A stretch of 64,000 bases of DNA from positions 86,428,001-86,492,000 of the forward strand of contig OX597825.1 of the NCBI GenBank assembly GCA_951406725.2, written 5' to 3'. The DNA comes from Octopus vulgaris (taxonomy: Eukaryota). This document shows positions 13,456-25,513 of the stretch, in pieces (the stretch's first letter is position 1; each line of letters starts with the position of its first letter). The notes below the pieces were generated by a model. That model was not told where the DNA came from and made no database searches. It saw only the letters and a list, made by a program, of their open reading frames with translations. Both the position numbers and the translations under genes were made by a program.

Positions 13456-14820
13456 TTCTTTGCACAGCTTCTAACACTGGAGATGTATCCCAAATGTCAG
13501 CTGTTCACCCCTTATTTTTCCAGCACCTTTTGGGGTATTTGAACTGTTCAAGCTATGCTGTTTTCTGCAAGTGCTCTACCTGTATTGCAGTCCCTGTTTG
13601 TTCAATATACTACTTAAGATCTTTAATTACTGTTCTCAAGGCTCTGACAATTATTGGTTTGGCTACCACCTTTTTTCAATGACCAGCTTGCTTCACCTTT
13701 ATTTTCTTTGTCAGTCCTATCCACAACATCTCCGTGGAACTGTCCATGCATTCTTTCTATTATTCACCAATTTTCAGTTTCCTCTCCATCTTCAAATGCT
13801 TTATCTTTGTAATCTTCTATTTTGTACAGACCTGACTTTCTTACTTCCAGCAAGAGTAGGTCTGAGGACATTTTTCCCACTCCTTTAATGCTGTGTCTGC
13901 ACCCCATCACTCCTCCTCCCTCTCCTCTTTTTCTCGATATGCACAGTCTGTCTGTGTCACTCTTTGGATGAAATACCTTATATCTAGTCAATAACTTTCT
14001 TGTCTGTTGGTCTGTTTAGCTCTTCTGTCGTGCATGCAATTATCCCAGCTCCATATCTATGCAGAGAGAGAGAGACCACTTGTGCATTGATTGATGGCAT
14101 TAATTTTATCCCTTCCATTTAATTTTGACATGAGAACAAGTCTCAGTCTATGCAAGTATTCCAGCCTTAATTTTCCCCTCATTTTGTCCCCCATTACTTT
14201 GTCCATTTCCAGAACTTAAAACCCACCTCTTCTATTTGCTTGATAACTTCCCCTGATAGCATTACCTATCCATCTGTGCAGTTAATTTTGCCTCTGTTCA
14301 AGACTAACATACTACACTTTTTCAATCCAAATTCCATTCTGATGTCGGCACTAAATGTATTCAGCATATCAACAAAGGAACTGACCTGGGATTCATTCTT
14401 ACTGTGAGGCTTGAGGTTATCCATGAACAACAATGGTTAACTTTTGTTGATGGCCTTGAATTTATACCTAATCTTAACTTTCTTCAAAATCTTTGTTAGT
14501 GGTTATCATGCAATGCACAAAAATCAATGGGGATAGACAGTTCCTTTGAAATATATTTCTCTTGATTTCTATTGTTCTTAAGCTTCTTCCATATGTCGTC
14601 AGTTCTGTTTTCTGCTTCGCCATTCTTTTCCCAAGAAATTGCACAACATTTGAAGCAATGTCAACCAGGTTCATGCATTCCCATTATCCAAGAATGAGAT
14701 ATCATTTTGTAGGCTTTGCACTAATCAATCCATGACACAACCAAGTTTGTTTTGCCTCCTCTTGCAGTCTCTAAATACTGTTTTGTCTGTCAGAATTTGA
14801 TCTTTGCTACTTCTGCACAT
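13456..14820 (-). mobile_element. R4/Dong-clade non-LTR retrotransposon, 5' truncated, internally deleted, inactive
   Basis: Minus-strand motifs in order: KDQILTDK, IFQRNCLSPLIF (GIFQGDSLSP), FMDNLK (YMDDLK-type), HPKSDTDRLCISRK, PIIVRAL, LQKTA. Many stops and frameshifts. Confidence 0.85.
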
Positions 14821-15976
14821 TATTGGACTTCAATGTTTTGTGGTATTTAGTTACGTCCCCTAAATTAGTGATCTTTGTGCTTAGACATTGGCCCTTTACA
14901 TTTACAATTCAAATCCTAGCAATGTTGGCTTTGTGTTTTCATCCTTTAGAACCAGTCTTATTATATTTAAGTTTATATAATCAACAGTTTCTTTCTCCTT
15001 CAATTTGTGACCTTGCGCCTGTCTCAGAAATTATTGTTTTCAATCAACAAGTACAAGGCCAGCAATTTTGTTGGGATAGGCATTGATTACATTAACCCTA
15101 CACCCGAGTACTTGACTGATACTCTTTATTTATGGAGCTCCTTTAAAAGGTTGAAAAGCAAAGATGACCTTATTAATTTTAGAAAATAAAAACTTTTGTG
15201 TCACCCTAGGTAGAAGTTGTGACAACCCTACTGAAAGGTCTGTCAACTGTCAAACAACAACAACAACAACAAGCTGCAGTATTACAGCAAAGGAAATAAA
15301 ATGACAGTTTTTACTCCTCCTGTATCCCAAAGATAATGCCAGATGCTTGTTTCTAACAACTACAGGAGGATGTAATTAGCTTTCCATCAGCCAAATTATT
15401 CATTTGGCTTCCTGCATTTAGCTTGAGAGAAGGGAACCCAAAATACCCCCACTTTATTAGCTCCTCTTCTAATTTTTTGTCTTTTTTCTCCCTCTTTTTT
15501 TTTTTAAACCTACCCCAACTTTCCTTTTGTACTCATACAAACATTTGTGGCTATATATATGAGAGAGAGAGAGGGAGTGAGAGAAAGTGTGTGTGTGTGT
15601 GTGTGTGTTTGCTGTACTGCTCTATCTTCTTTTTTTCCCTCTTTGCTGTGTCTACTTCACTCTCCCATCTCTCACTTCTTTCTGCTATAGGTGCTGCTTC
15701 TAACGTAGCAGTACAACATCTCTCTCTCCCCCCTCTCTCTCCCTCTCTCTCTTTATCTGCCTTCTCCTCCTGATAAGCTTTCCGCCTTTGCTCTTGTGTC
15801 AGTTGTGGAAGTGTGTCTGTGTATGTGAATATATGTGTATATATATTTATATATACAGCTGTGTATATATATTTATATATACATCTATAAAATGTAATCT
15901 CAGTGGGTTGGGGGAATGGGTGTTGTGCTGTGAAGGTTTGTTCCTATCCTTCACTTGCCACATTTCTGTTGTTTTC

Positions 15977-16045
15977 ATGGTCGGTAATCTACATGGTCCC
16001 AAGGCTACAAAGACACAGTTTGAACACAACACTGGCTTCTCTCAG
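15977..16045 (+). other. Candidate first coding exon (MVGNLHGPKATKTQFEHNTGFSQ)
   Basis: ATG, 23 open codons, CAG|gtttgt donor, unique sequence. No recognised homology. Confidence 0.2.
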
Positions 16046-16247
16046 GTTTGTCTATCTTTTCAAGTATATTTATTCCACATCACCCACCCCACCCAAATTA
16101 CTACCTGTTTGTTTGTGTGTGTGTGTGTGGGGGGGGGGGGAAGGTTATTTTACATTTGTAAACAAACTTATTGTTATTTCTTTTATTTAGTTTACTTCCT
16201 TGTTTTGGAAAGTTATCAGTTAAAAAAGGTAGAAAATCTCGTATTTA

Positions 16248-16530
16248 GCAGCAGATGGCAGAAGTGGATGGGTGAAGGATGAAGTAGTTTCTGATGTTTG
16301 TGATCTTTATATTCTGAGTTCAAAACCTGTCACCATCAACTTCCTTTTTCATCTTTTTAAAGGAATCAAGTACCTGTCAGATACTGCAGTTATTGTAATT
16401 GACTGTTCCCTTTTAGCCCTCAAAATTTGAGGCCCAGTGCTTGTGTCGAGGCCCTGTGCCTGTGTCGAGGCCCTGTGCCGGAGTTTGAGGCCCCATGCAT
16501 GTGTGAAGGGCTTGTGCTTATATTAAAAAT
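16248..16530 (+). mobile_element. SINE family B with internal 19-bp tandem expansion
   Basis: ttctgagttcaaa B box and aagtacc module; gaggccctgtgcctgtgtc repeated about 4 times at 16429-16504. Confidence 0.7.
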
Positions 16531-17961
16531 CATCATTGTGTTAGAAATTTATCTTTTTGCAATGCTTAATTGCATTTTAATTGCCATTTCTCAAATTTTA
16601 AGTTATTTCTATAAATATATAATTTTGTATTTTAATTAAAAATTATATTTTCAAGAAGTGAACTTGATAAAATGTTTTTAGTTATCTTTTGAGGAAAATT
16701 AATTAGTTATATGTTTGATTAAACTGTTGCTGGTTATTTCAGTGACTGGTGGTGGTGGTGGAGTTCACTTCTCTAAACTTTCAGTTTAAAGAAACCTTTT
16801 AATTGAATTGAAGAACGTGCATGGCTGTTGTTTAAGCTACTGAAATGTCACTTTCTTTCTTTTCTTTTTTTCTTTTTGTCTTTCATAAAATGTTGGGTTA
16901 TTCTATGGGTGTGGTTCCATAATTTTGACAACCCAAGAAAACCATTGGTTAGGTTAGATTATCTTAAATCTAATGTTATTTCTTTAAATCTCTAATCTTG
17001 TTATACTTTTGTGATGGATTAAACAAAAGCAGAATTTCACTGTGGACATTTAGTATAATAATATTTAAATAACTAAGTTAAATTTAATTCTTGGATTAAT
17101 TGAAGAATAAACATTTGAAAATAGTATAATGATTATGTGAAAAAAAGATTTTTTAAAAGTGAGCACCTGGTGAGAACAGAATGAAATAACAAACCGGGTC
17201 TTTTATTCAGTGAGTAACTTCTAATTTGTGAGGATTCTATTTTCATATAAGCATGTTACAATCTACACACTCTGTTTAAACAAATACCTGTAGACTTCAC
17301 AACTGACTGGAAATTTAGAAGTTTTCTGATAGGAGTGACGATGATGGTGGTGGGGGTAATTTTTAAATTTCAATTTTTGTTATTTTTCTTTTAAGGGAAA
17401 ATATAAAAAACCTCTTTCTATCTCAAATGATAACATTGCTAAACAGATGAGGAATTAGATTCACTAATAATGTATCATGAATAAAATACTCTGAGAAGGA
17501 AGATCCAAGAATATATTAAAGTAATTAACTTGTAAGAAAATGATTAAGCTAATCTGTTTAAGTTAATCTCTATCTTTAGTGTTATGTAAGATATAGTTGT
17601 TTGAAATATCAATAAAATAAAGTAAAACATTAAATATCTAACATGGAATTTTAATATTATACAAACTATAACAACTTCAATACATCTATTTTCAGGTGTT
17701 TAATGTTGTTGCCTTTTTATAGATATCTGTATCTTACCTTAATTAAGGTGCAGACTTAATTAAAATTCCCATTCTATCAATCTTTATAATTTACATTACA
17801 CATTGGAAAGTCAGGTGTTGGTTAAAAAAAGAACAATCAATCAAAAGTTAATATTAGATAATAACCATCTTTCCGTGAGACTGAATTATCTTTTAAGGTC
17901 ATAAATGTTCAACTATTATTTCATTCCTACAAAGTTTGGGTATCATGTTTTGGTTGCTTAA

Positions 17962-18179
17962 CCCTTTTGTTACCGTATCTTTGGTTTAAATACACTGCTT
18001 GTGTTTCATTTAATTTTGGAAATATTGAATTATTTTGTAAAATAACTTGTAAAATAAGCTGTTGTTTGAACATAAATTAACAGAAAATTTTGTGGGAAGG
18101 TTTTAAATTTTGATCACTTTAAAATGGAATTTGTTACCATGAATAAAAAGCAGTTTCAGGCAGGTTGGTATTAAAAGGG
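17962..18179. mobile_element. piggyBac-type MITE (family P1)
   Basis: TTAA at 17958-17961 and 18180-18183; termini cccttttgttacc / ggtattaaaaggg. Confidence 0.8.
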
Positions 18180-18326
18180 TTAATTTGTAGCAGTTACAGA
18201 ATATTTCTAGTTTCAAGGTGTCTTTCACTCCAGTCTTATTTACATTGGAAATATTCACTGACATAATTCTTTTCAGCAGTTGTCAAATAAAAGCCGTAAG
18301 ATGATGATAAAACTAAGGTTTCAGTA

Positions 18327-18532
18327 TTTTAAAATTTTGTAGCCCCCCCCTCCTTACATATATCTCTCTCTATTGTATTGAGTGAGGTGTGGTACTTTAC
18401 AGGACTGTGTTATATCACATACTTTACATATATCTTTATATTGTGGTGAGTGAAGCATACTTCACTCAGCAGTGTCTTATACTGCATTGTAGTGTGTTTA
18501 CAGTTGCACTTTACAGGGGTCAAAATCTAAAA
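18327..18532. mobile_element. Possible MITE with imperfect TIRs and internal hairpin
   Basis: ttttaaaattttgtagcccc versus ggggtcaaaatctaaaa; perfect 9-bp stem tgagtgaag/cttcactca at 18447-18468. Confidence 0.35.
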
Positions 18533-20160
18533 GTTTTTGTTGGGAAATTTGGGAAAGCATTTGATTAAGAGTAAAAGGTATTTACAAGTTGTGATCACCT
18601 ATTAAGAGTAACTGTAGACATTTCCCAGTGATTTATTATTGAAATCTCTCCTTGATTAGTCAGCAAATATTAATTGGAATGGTTGATGCCCTTCTTGAGA
18701 AGGAAGTCTTTTACTAAAGATGTTAATCCTGTGTGTGCCTTTTATTAGGAGAACAGTGATTAAAGAAAAAGGCCTCGTCAGATTCTGATTTGGTAACTAT
18801 TTCTTAAAATGTTATTGATATTATTTTAAAAGTCTGTATGATTGACTCCATTAATTATAGACAGTTGTTTTGTTTGATTTTTCTGAGACAAGGAAATATC
18901 AAAATAAAACAGTGATATATTCAAACTAGTATCCTTATTCCTGGTTGATACACCCAAAACAGTTCGGCCACTCCACTTCAAGTGTCTGTCATGTTTGGTA
19001 ACATTTTGAGAATTTCAAACTATACTCTTTATTAAATCCACCTGGTAAATTATTCTCATTCCATTGTCCAGCAATTCTCCTGTATGAGTTATCCTTCTAC
19101 TTGTGATGTAGCTTGCTTGCTTATAATGTGTGTGTGAATTGATTTGATAATGTTTAGATTTTTGGAACCCTCTTTTTGTATGTCTGACCAGACTGGGAAG
19201 TTCTCCACTAAGGCACTGATTTGAGTAAAGGTTTTTTAGAAAGACCTGCAATTACCAGTGCATGCAAATCTTCCTCTCTCCATGCCAATATTATTGTTCA
19301 AGAGAAAGCCAGGGGCTAATAATAGATTGGCACCATTGTCATCACAGACATTGCTAGAAGTAATTCATGTTGTTGTTTCTGTAATTTTGAAACCCTATTG
19401 TTATCTGGGGGCCAAATAAAAAAATGTTTAAAATGCATGGGGTCATATTAAAGTACACGAGGTAACCTTGAACAAAGCAGATATACACTGCACTATTTTT
19501 TATGCTTGGAAAGAAATTAATAGGTAGACAACCTTATTATCAATGTTTTAAAGATGAAATTCTATTAACACCTTCTATTGATCAGCTGTCGTCATTGTTA
19601 CACCTTAGAAGGTATCATTGTGGATCAAGTATTTTATTAACGATATTTTTATTGTTGAAGTCACTGCTGTTAATTGCTTCCTCTCAAAACTGCAATGTAG
19701 AATTATGAAATATAAATAGATTAATTGCAGTATTTTTAATCTAGTTGCTGTTGCTATTGAATCTCTGTGTTTATGTCCATTTATTATTTAATCCAGTCAT
19801 TGACAAGTTTTGTATAACTGTTATGAAAACATTGTCATATTTGATTGGTTGTTGCTCAGCCAATGAGAAACAGCATGGCTTCTCTGACAATTGAGCTACC
19901 TGTAAGGTTTTTCTACTAGATTAGTTCTTTACTCATTCTTATTTCTAATGTAGAGGGTGGATGGGTGGGTGATTTTACAAAAAGAACTTATATCATGACA
20001 GAATCCTAATGTACCCTGTTCTTGATTTGTCTTATTGTCTTTTCTGTGAGAAATAGAAGCCATAGTAAATATTTTCCTTTTCTCTCAAAATGCTGTTTGG
20101 CTCTGAATTAAGAAATCACATAACATAATAATAATAATAATAATAATAATAGCAATAACA

Positions 20161-20402
20161 ATGGTTTCAAATTTTGGTTTCAAATAATGGTTTCAAATTT
20201 TGGCACAATGCCACCAAGTTCGGGGGCAGGGGTAAATCAATTCCATTGATCCTAGTGATCAACTGGTACTTATTTTATTGACCCTGATAGGATAAAAGGC
20301 AAAATCAGCCTTGACAGAATTTGAACCTGCAAGATACAGATGGATGAAATGCCGCTAAGCATTTTGCCTGGTGTGCTAATGATTCCGCCACCTCACCACC
20401 GT
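20161..20402 (-). mobile_element. SINE family B
   Basis: ggtttcaaattttggcac...ctggtacttattttattgacc...gccacctcaccacc; adjacent (AAT)n; terminal motif locally reiterated. Confidence 0.85.
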
Positions 20403-21169
20403 CATAATAATAATGATAATAAACAAAGATTAAAATCAAAATTACCTCTATAGGAAATTCCAGTTTTTTTCTTTTTTCCTTTTTTTTTTTGGTAACTTTT
20501 AAAATTCAAAACACAAAAACAAGCTGTTATTTGTTTTCTTTTCTTTATTACAACTATTTGTTGTTTCATAGTTTTTAGTTTTGATAAATATAAAATTGAA
20601 ATGTTTTATTAACTGTCAAAGCAATGTTAGTGACATGTGATTGTCCCATTTTACTGTATTTATTTTTAATTTGGTTATTTCTGCAATTTACTTCCAGAAA
20701 CCATTTAATTCTATTTTGATGACCTTGGACACTACCATATGGAGAGACTAAATTGTTTTCCATCTTTTTTTAAACACTGTATATTGTTCTTTCTCATAAG
20801 TTCGTTCCCACCACCACCACCTCTGTTCAGGTCTTTGCTCTATGTTTGTTTCCTGTAATTATTCTTCATAGGAATTGCTCACCATAGTCATTTTTGTTTT
20901 GTTTTATCTTCTAATAGCTTCTTATTCATACCCCTACCTCCTTTGTTGTGTGTGTGTGAGGTTCACGAGTATTTTTTGTTCTCTTTGACTGTTTCTTGGA
21001 TCTCAGTCCTAAATTGTTGAAAGATTTCTTTTTACATCAATGTACATGAGGCGAGATATCAACTTTTTTCTTGTGATTTGAGAAAATATTAATAGATATT
21101 TTCTATTTTAAGCCTTTCTTGACTGTATTCCTAATACACACATCATGGGTTTCAACTGAATTTTAAAAT

Positions 21170-21345
21170 AATCAAGGATTTGGAGGAATTTAGGAAGTGA
21201 ACATTTTGGAATGTCACTTAACAAAAGGATTTTACATAAACTTATGAGGGGAAGGTTTAATTTAAACCTGAACATTTTTTAATGAGAGCTCTTTGTATCA
21301 GAGCACCATAGGCAGTCTCAGCTGGATTGGTATCAAATGGTTTAA
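21170..21345. mobile_element. Decayed partial piggyBac-type MITE P1
   Basis: ggaaggtttaattt...ggcagtctcagctggattggtatcaaatggtttaa matches the right part of 17962-18179. Confidence 0.5.
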
Positions 21346-22025
21346 TGGATATGAAAGTGTTCTGTTATACAATAATATAAAAATTAGCCACACAATTTGA
21401 ATTAGAAAATCTTCTGCATTAGGTTTTGTTGTATGGAATTTTGATTCAAAAACACTTTGAATCCAGACATGGTTTCTTATGAAATTAGTGCTTGCATAAT
21501 GTAGTATACAGTTGTTTTTATAACAAAACAGTTTATTTAAATTATTGGTTTTGTGTTGCCATCATGAAACTGGAAGACATGGACTACTTGTCTTCTTATA
21601 TAAGCATTATAACACTTAAATATTAAAATTGCTCACAGTTTGAATTCAGTTATGTATGTATATGTTTTAAGTAATGTCAAATACTTTTTGAATGGTGTGT
21701 GTGTGGTTTCTGTAACCTTTTTTAAGAAGTACCTTTGAAACAAAAAAAAAAAGGGACTGTATTTAATAATTAGGTGCCATTCTTTGTAATTAAAGTCTTA
21801 TTAATGAACAGTTCAATTGGTTAACTATAGGTTTACTATAACTCTCTTGTTTTGAAAAGTTTATAAAAATTTAGTTACTTTACTGAAAATATACCTTAGT
21901 GAGAGAACGAGATGAAATCTTGTATTTTCTACTAAATCTGAGACTCTCTTTAATCTGAGAGTTAGTTTCCTGTGGTATGGTTAAATTCTTCTTTAGCAAA
22001 GAAACATATAATTAGTATTATTATT

Positions 22026-22238
22026 GGTTTCAAATTTTGGCACAGGGCCAGCAATTTTAGGGGAGGGGTAAGTTGGTTACATTGATCCCAGCATTCAACT
22101 GGTACTTATTTTATCAACCCCAAAGGGATGTAAAGCAAAGTTGACCTCGGTGGAATTTGAACTAAGAATGTGAAGATGGATGAAATGTTGCTTAACATTT
22201 TGCCCTGCTTGTTAATGATTCTGCTAGCTCACCGCCTT
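22026..22238 (-). mobile_element. SINE family B with target-site duplication
   Basis: Full-length match to family B; flanks taattagtatta (22009-22020) and taattggtatta (22240-22251). Confidence 0.85.
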
Positions 22239-22574
22239 CTAATTGGTATTAATATTATGCATAAAGAACAACTGAAGTAAAAGCAATGAAAGGATATGCA
22301 TCAGTAATTCTTTTCATAAAAATCAAATTCTCAGAAATGTGACCAGTGACCTGGTTTAATTTCCTCTACATCCTGTTGCCACAAAAAATAAGCAACATTT
22401 CTGTGAGGAAACTATTGCAATCAATAAATATGATCTTAAAAAATATTAACCAAAAAAAAAAAATCCCCCAAAACAAGAAAGAAAAACAACTTGATGAAAA
22501 GTAGGGCAAGTCATTACAAAATGTGTTTTTTTTATTACTTATTCCCACTTCTCTTGAATCCACTCCCTCTCTCA

Positions 22575-22988
22575 ACTAAGGCTCTTTCTCTTGCAAGTTA
22601 CTTGACAACCCTGTTGGTGCTGGGGCCACATAAAAAGCACCTGTGCTGGTGCCATGTAAAAAGCACACCTGCGCCAGTGCTTTGTAAAAAGCACACTTAT
22701 GCCAGTGCCATGTAAAAAGCACACCTGTGTCAGTGCCGTGTAAAGAGCACACCTGTGTCAGTGCCGTGTAAAAAGCACTGGTGCTGGTGCCACGTAGAAA
22801 GCATTGGTACTATTGCTACATAAAAAGCACACAATACACTCTATAAAGTGGTTGGTGTTAAAAAGGACATCCAGCTGTAGAAACCATGCCAAAACTTACA
22901 ATGGGGCATGGGGCAGTTCCTGGCCTTGCTAGCTCCTGTTAAACCATCCAACCCATACTAGGCTGGAAAATGGACATTAAATGATGAT
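22575..22988 (+). mobile_element. Family D RTE-3'-derived repeat with 26-28 bp tandem array
   Basis: About 8 units of gtgccatgtaaaaagcacacctgtgcca, then catccagctgtagaaac...tggacattaaatgatgat. Confidence 0.85.
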
Positions 22989-24214
22989 ATATACTTTTTA
23001 AAACATGAAAGATTCCATGAGAGATTCTATTAAAATTCTAAAGTATTAATTTTATGGATGAGAATATTGTCAGTATGTAAATATTTATTTTGGTTGATAC
23101 AATAATAATAATATAAATATGGGAGTATACCATAAAAAAAAAAAATGGCATTCATTTATTAATTTGTTAGAAGCTTCACATATTTGAGATGTTTGAAGTA
23201 TTGACTAGCTTCAAAAATGGCTGCCTACATATTGTAAAAGGCAGGAATCACTTTCATTGTACTTAATCTGAATAACTCAATAATGAGTATAATAAACCAA
23301 ACTAATCAACTTCTATTATTGCAATTATAACTCGATGATACCATGTGATACCCAGCTCCATGTTGCTATTGTTAGTTCAGCTACTTTTCTCATTGATTTA
23401 CTTTGATAAATGATCAAGTGGTTACTGCACGAAGGGGCCATTAATTGTATAGAGAAGGCTTCTACCTTTCTATAGCGATCCAGTTTTTGTTCGTTAGTTA
23501 TAAATGTTTATTTGCCATAACCATGGAGGAACTTCAATGAGGCATGTGATTAGAAGGACCGGGGAGGAAACAATGGCAGTGGAATCAATATGGTGCTGGT
23601 CTTTTGGTTGAATGGGGAACCATATTGTCACTGGTGCTGTGTTCTTGTCAAAGAGATATTTGACTGACTCAATACTCCTAGCTAGAAATAAGTATTATGG
23701 GTGATACAGTTTACTACTTCAATAGAGTAGAGACACTGTGTTTTGTTTGATTACAGTGATGATCTAAAGTCCCTGCATCTTTTTATGAATCACTACATGA
23801 TGATGATGATGATATATTCATTGGTGCTTTAATGAAATTCTTTTGGGTTGTCATTCTTACCATTCTGATTTTTTAAAAAATGAGCAAAAAATTAAGTTTA
23901 TTTGTCCTTAAGATCTAATGTAATATTTCATTACAATCTTAATGTTGAATTGACTTTTAAAATTATTATTTATGAGAGTGATTTACAATAAATTATTATT
24001 TATTAGATATAATGATGTTTTTATTAATTAAAAAAATACTTAGAGGAGAAAAGATAGTGCCCCTTTTACAGGGTCCCTGAGACTGGTGGGAATAAATGAA
24101 GAAGAACCTGACTTCTAATGCTTGTAACAGTGTTGGCTTCATTAGAGGTTTTTAAGGATTAGATGTTGGTGTCTAGCCAAGTCACTGATTAAGTCTACCA
24201 CTCCAAACAGAAAT

Positions 24215-24350
24215 GGTTTCTCTATCAGGCTTCCATACAGTTTCCCTCTATCAAATTCAACCCACATAGGTTTGGTTGACCTGAAGCTAAAATGACATGA
24301 ACTGAGATTGAACCAGAATCTTCTTGTCAACCACATAGCTATGCCTGCAC
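24215..24350 (-). mobile_element. SINE family A head fragment, diverged
   Basis: ggcttccatacagtttccctctatcaaattca...gattgaacc...ccacatagctatgcctgcacc. Confidence 0.55.
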
Positions 24351-24746
24351 CCACTTGTTGATTCAACAAATGCTGTGCTGTTTGAAGAAAGGCAAATATC
24401 TTAAAAGATTGAAGTAATTAAGAGTAGAAAGCACTGCCATTACTACTTTGTAGACTATTCCTCTGGTCTGTACTTTGTGACACTTGTGTTTAGAAATGGC
24501 TGAATCTCCATTGAGCCCTGTCAGGGTTGTCTGTGTTAGCAAAACTTCTTAGCAAACTGGTTTATTATGTGAAGCCTTTAATGGCTGTTTAGGGAATTTT
24601 GACAGTTAATTTCTTAAAGAAACTGCTACTGAAGTGGAACAGGAACAGGCAGCAACCTGAATTTCTAATCTTAAGAACTCTTGTTGCCATTACTATACAA
24701 AAAAAAGAAATTAAGAAACAAAGAAAAAGTCCCCTCAATTAATGTA

Positions 24747-24781
<35 letters not shown>

Positions 24782-25513
24782 TAAACTAACAGGAAACTTC
24801 AAAGGAACTACAAGTGTTTGGTTTACAAGCCAGTCTCTTGTTTATAATGACCATGTCAAGACTATAAATTACATGAAATAATAAGAAATAACAAGAAAAA
24901 TTGCTAACATCTTTTTTAGAATAAGAAGCTTTCATTAAAAAATCATCAGATGTGTAGATTAAGATATTTTGCTTATATTCGTTTAGTTCTTCAGTTTATT
25001 TCAGCCACAATGGCTGATGCCCATGCTGGAGCATCGCTTTCTACATAAAACCTTAAACCCTATTGCTTGTTAGGCCAGAATGTATGGAAGTTAAAGGTTG
25101 TTTGACTTTGTAGTTTGATAGTAAAATGGTATTTTTATGACCAATTTTTATTTTTAAAAGCTTGCACTAAGTCGCATGTTTGTAAACAAATGTCTGTCCT
25201 GTCAGAGACCTTAAGGAACATTTTATGGTTTCTTTTGAGATGTTTTCTGGGTCTTTTTTGTGGTGGTGTGGTGGTGGACTCTAAGGGATTTAGAATTTTT
25301 TTTATAGGGATTGTAAAGCATCACTAAATTGGATTTGAATTGTTTTGTTTTTTAAATTGTTAGAGCCACTGTAGAGTTAGAAATGTCCATTTGACTTACT
25401 TTCAGCTGAAGTAAACACAACAGAAGGAATTATTCCTGTAATTCCACAGAATTTTGGGAATAATTAGAAATAGGAATTAATAAAATGGTTGTGGGTCCTG
25501 ACTTGTGAAACTA

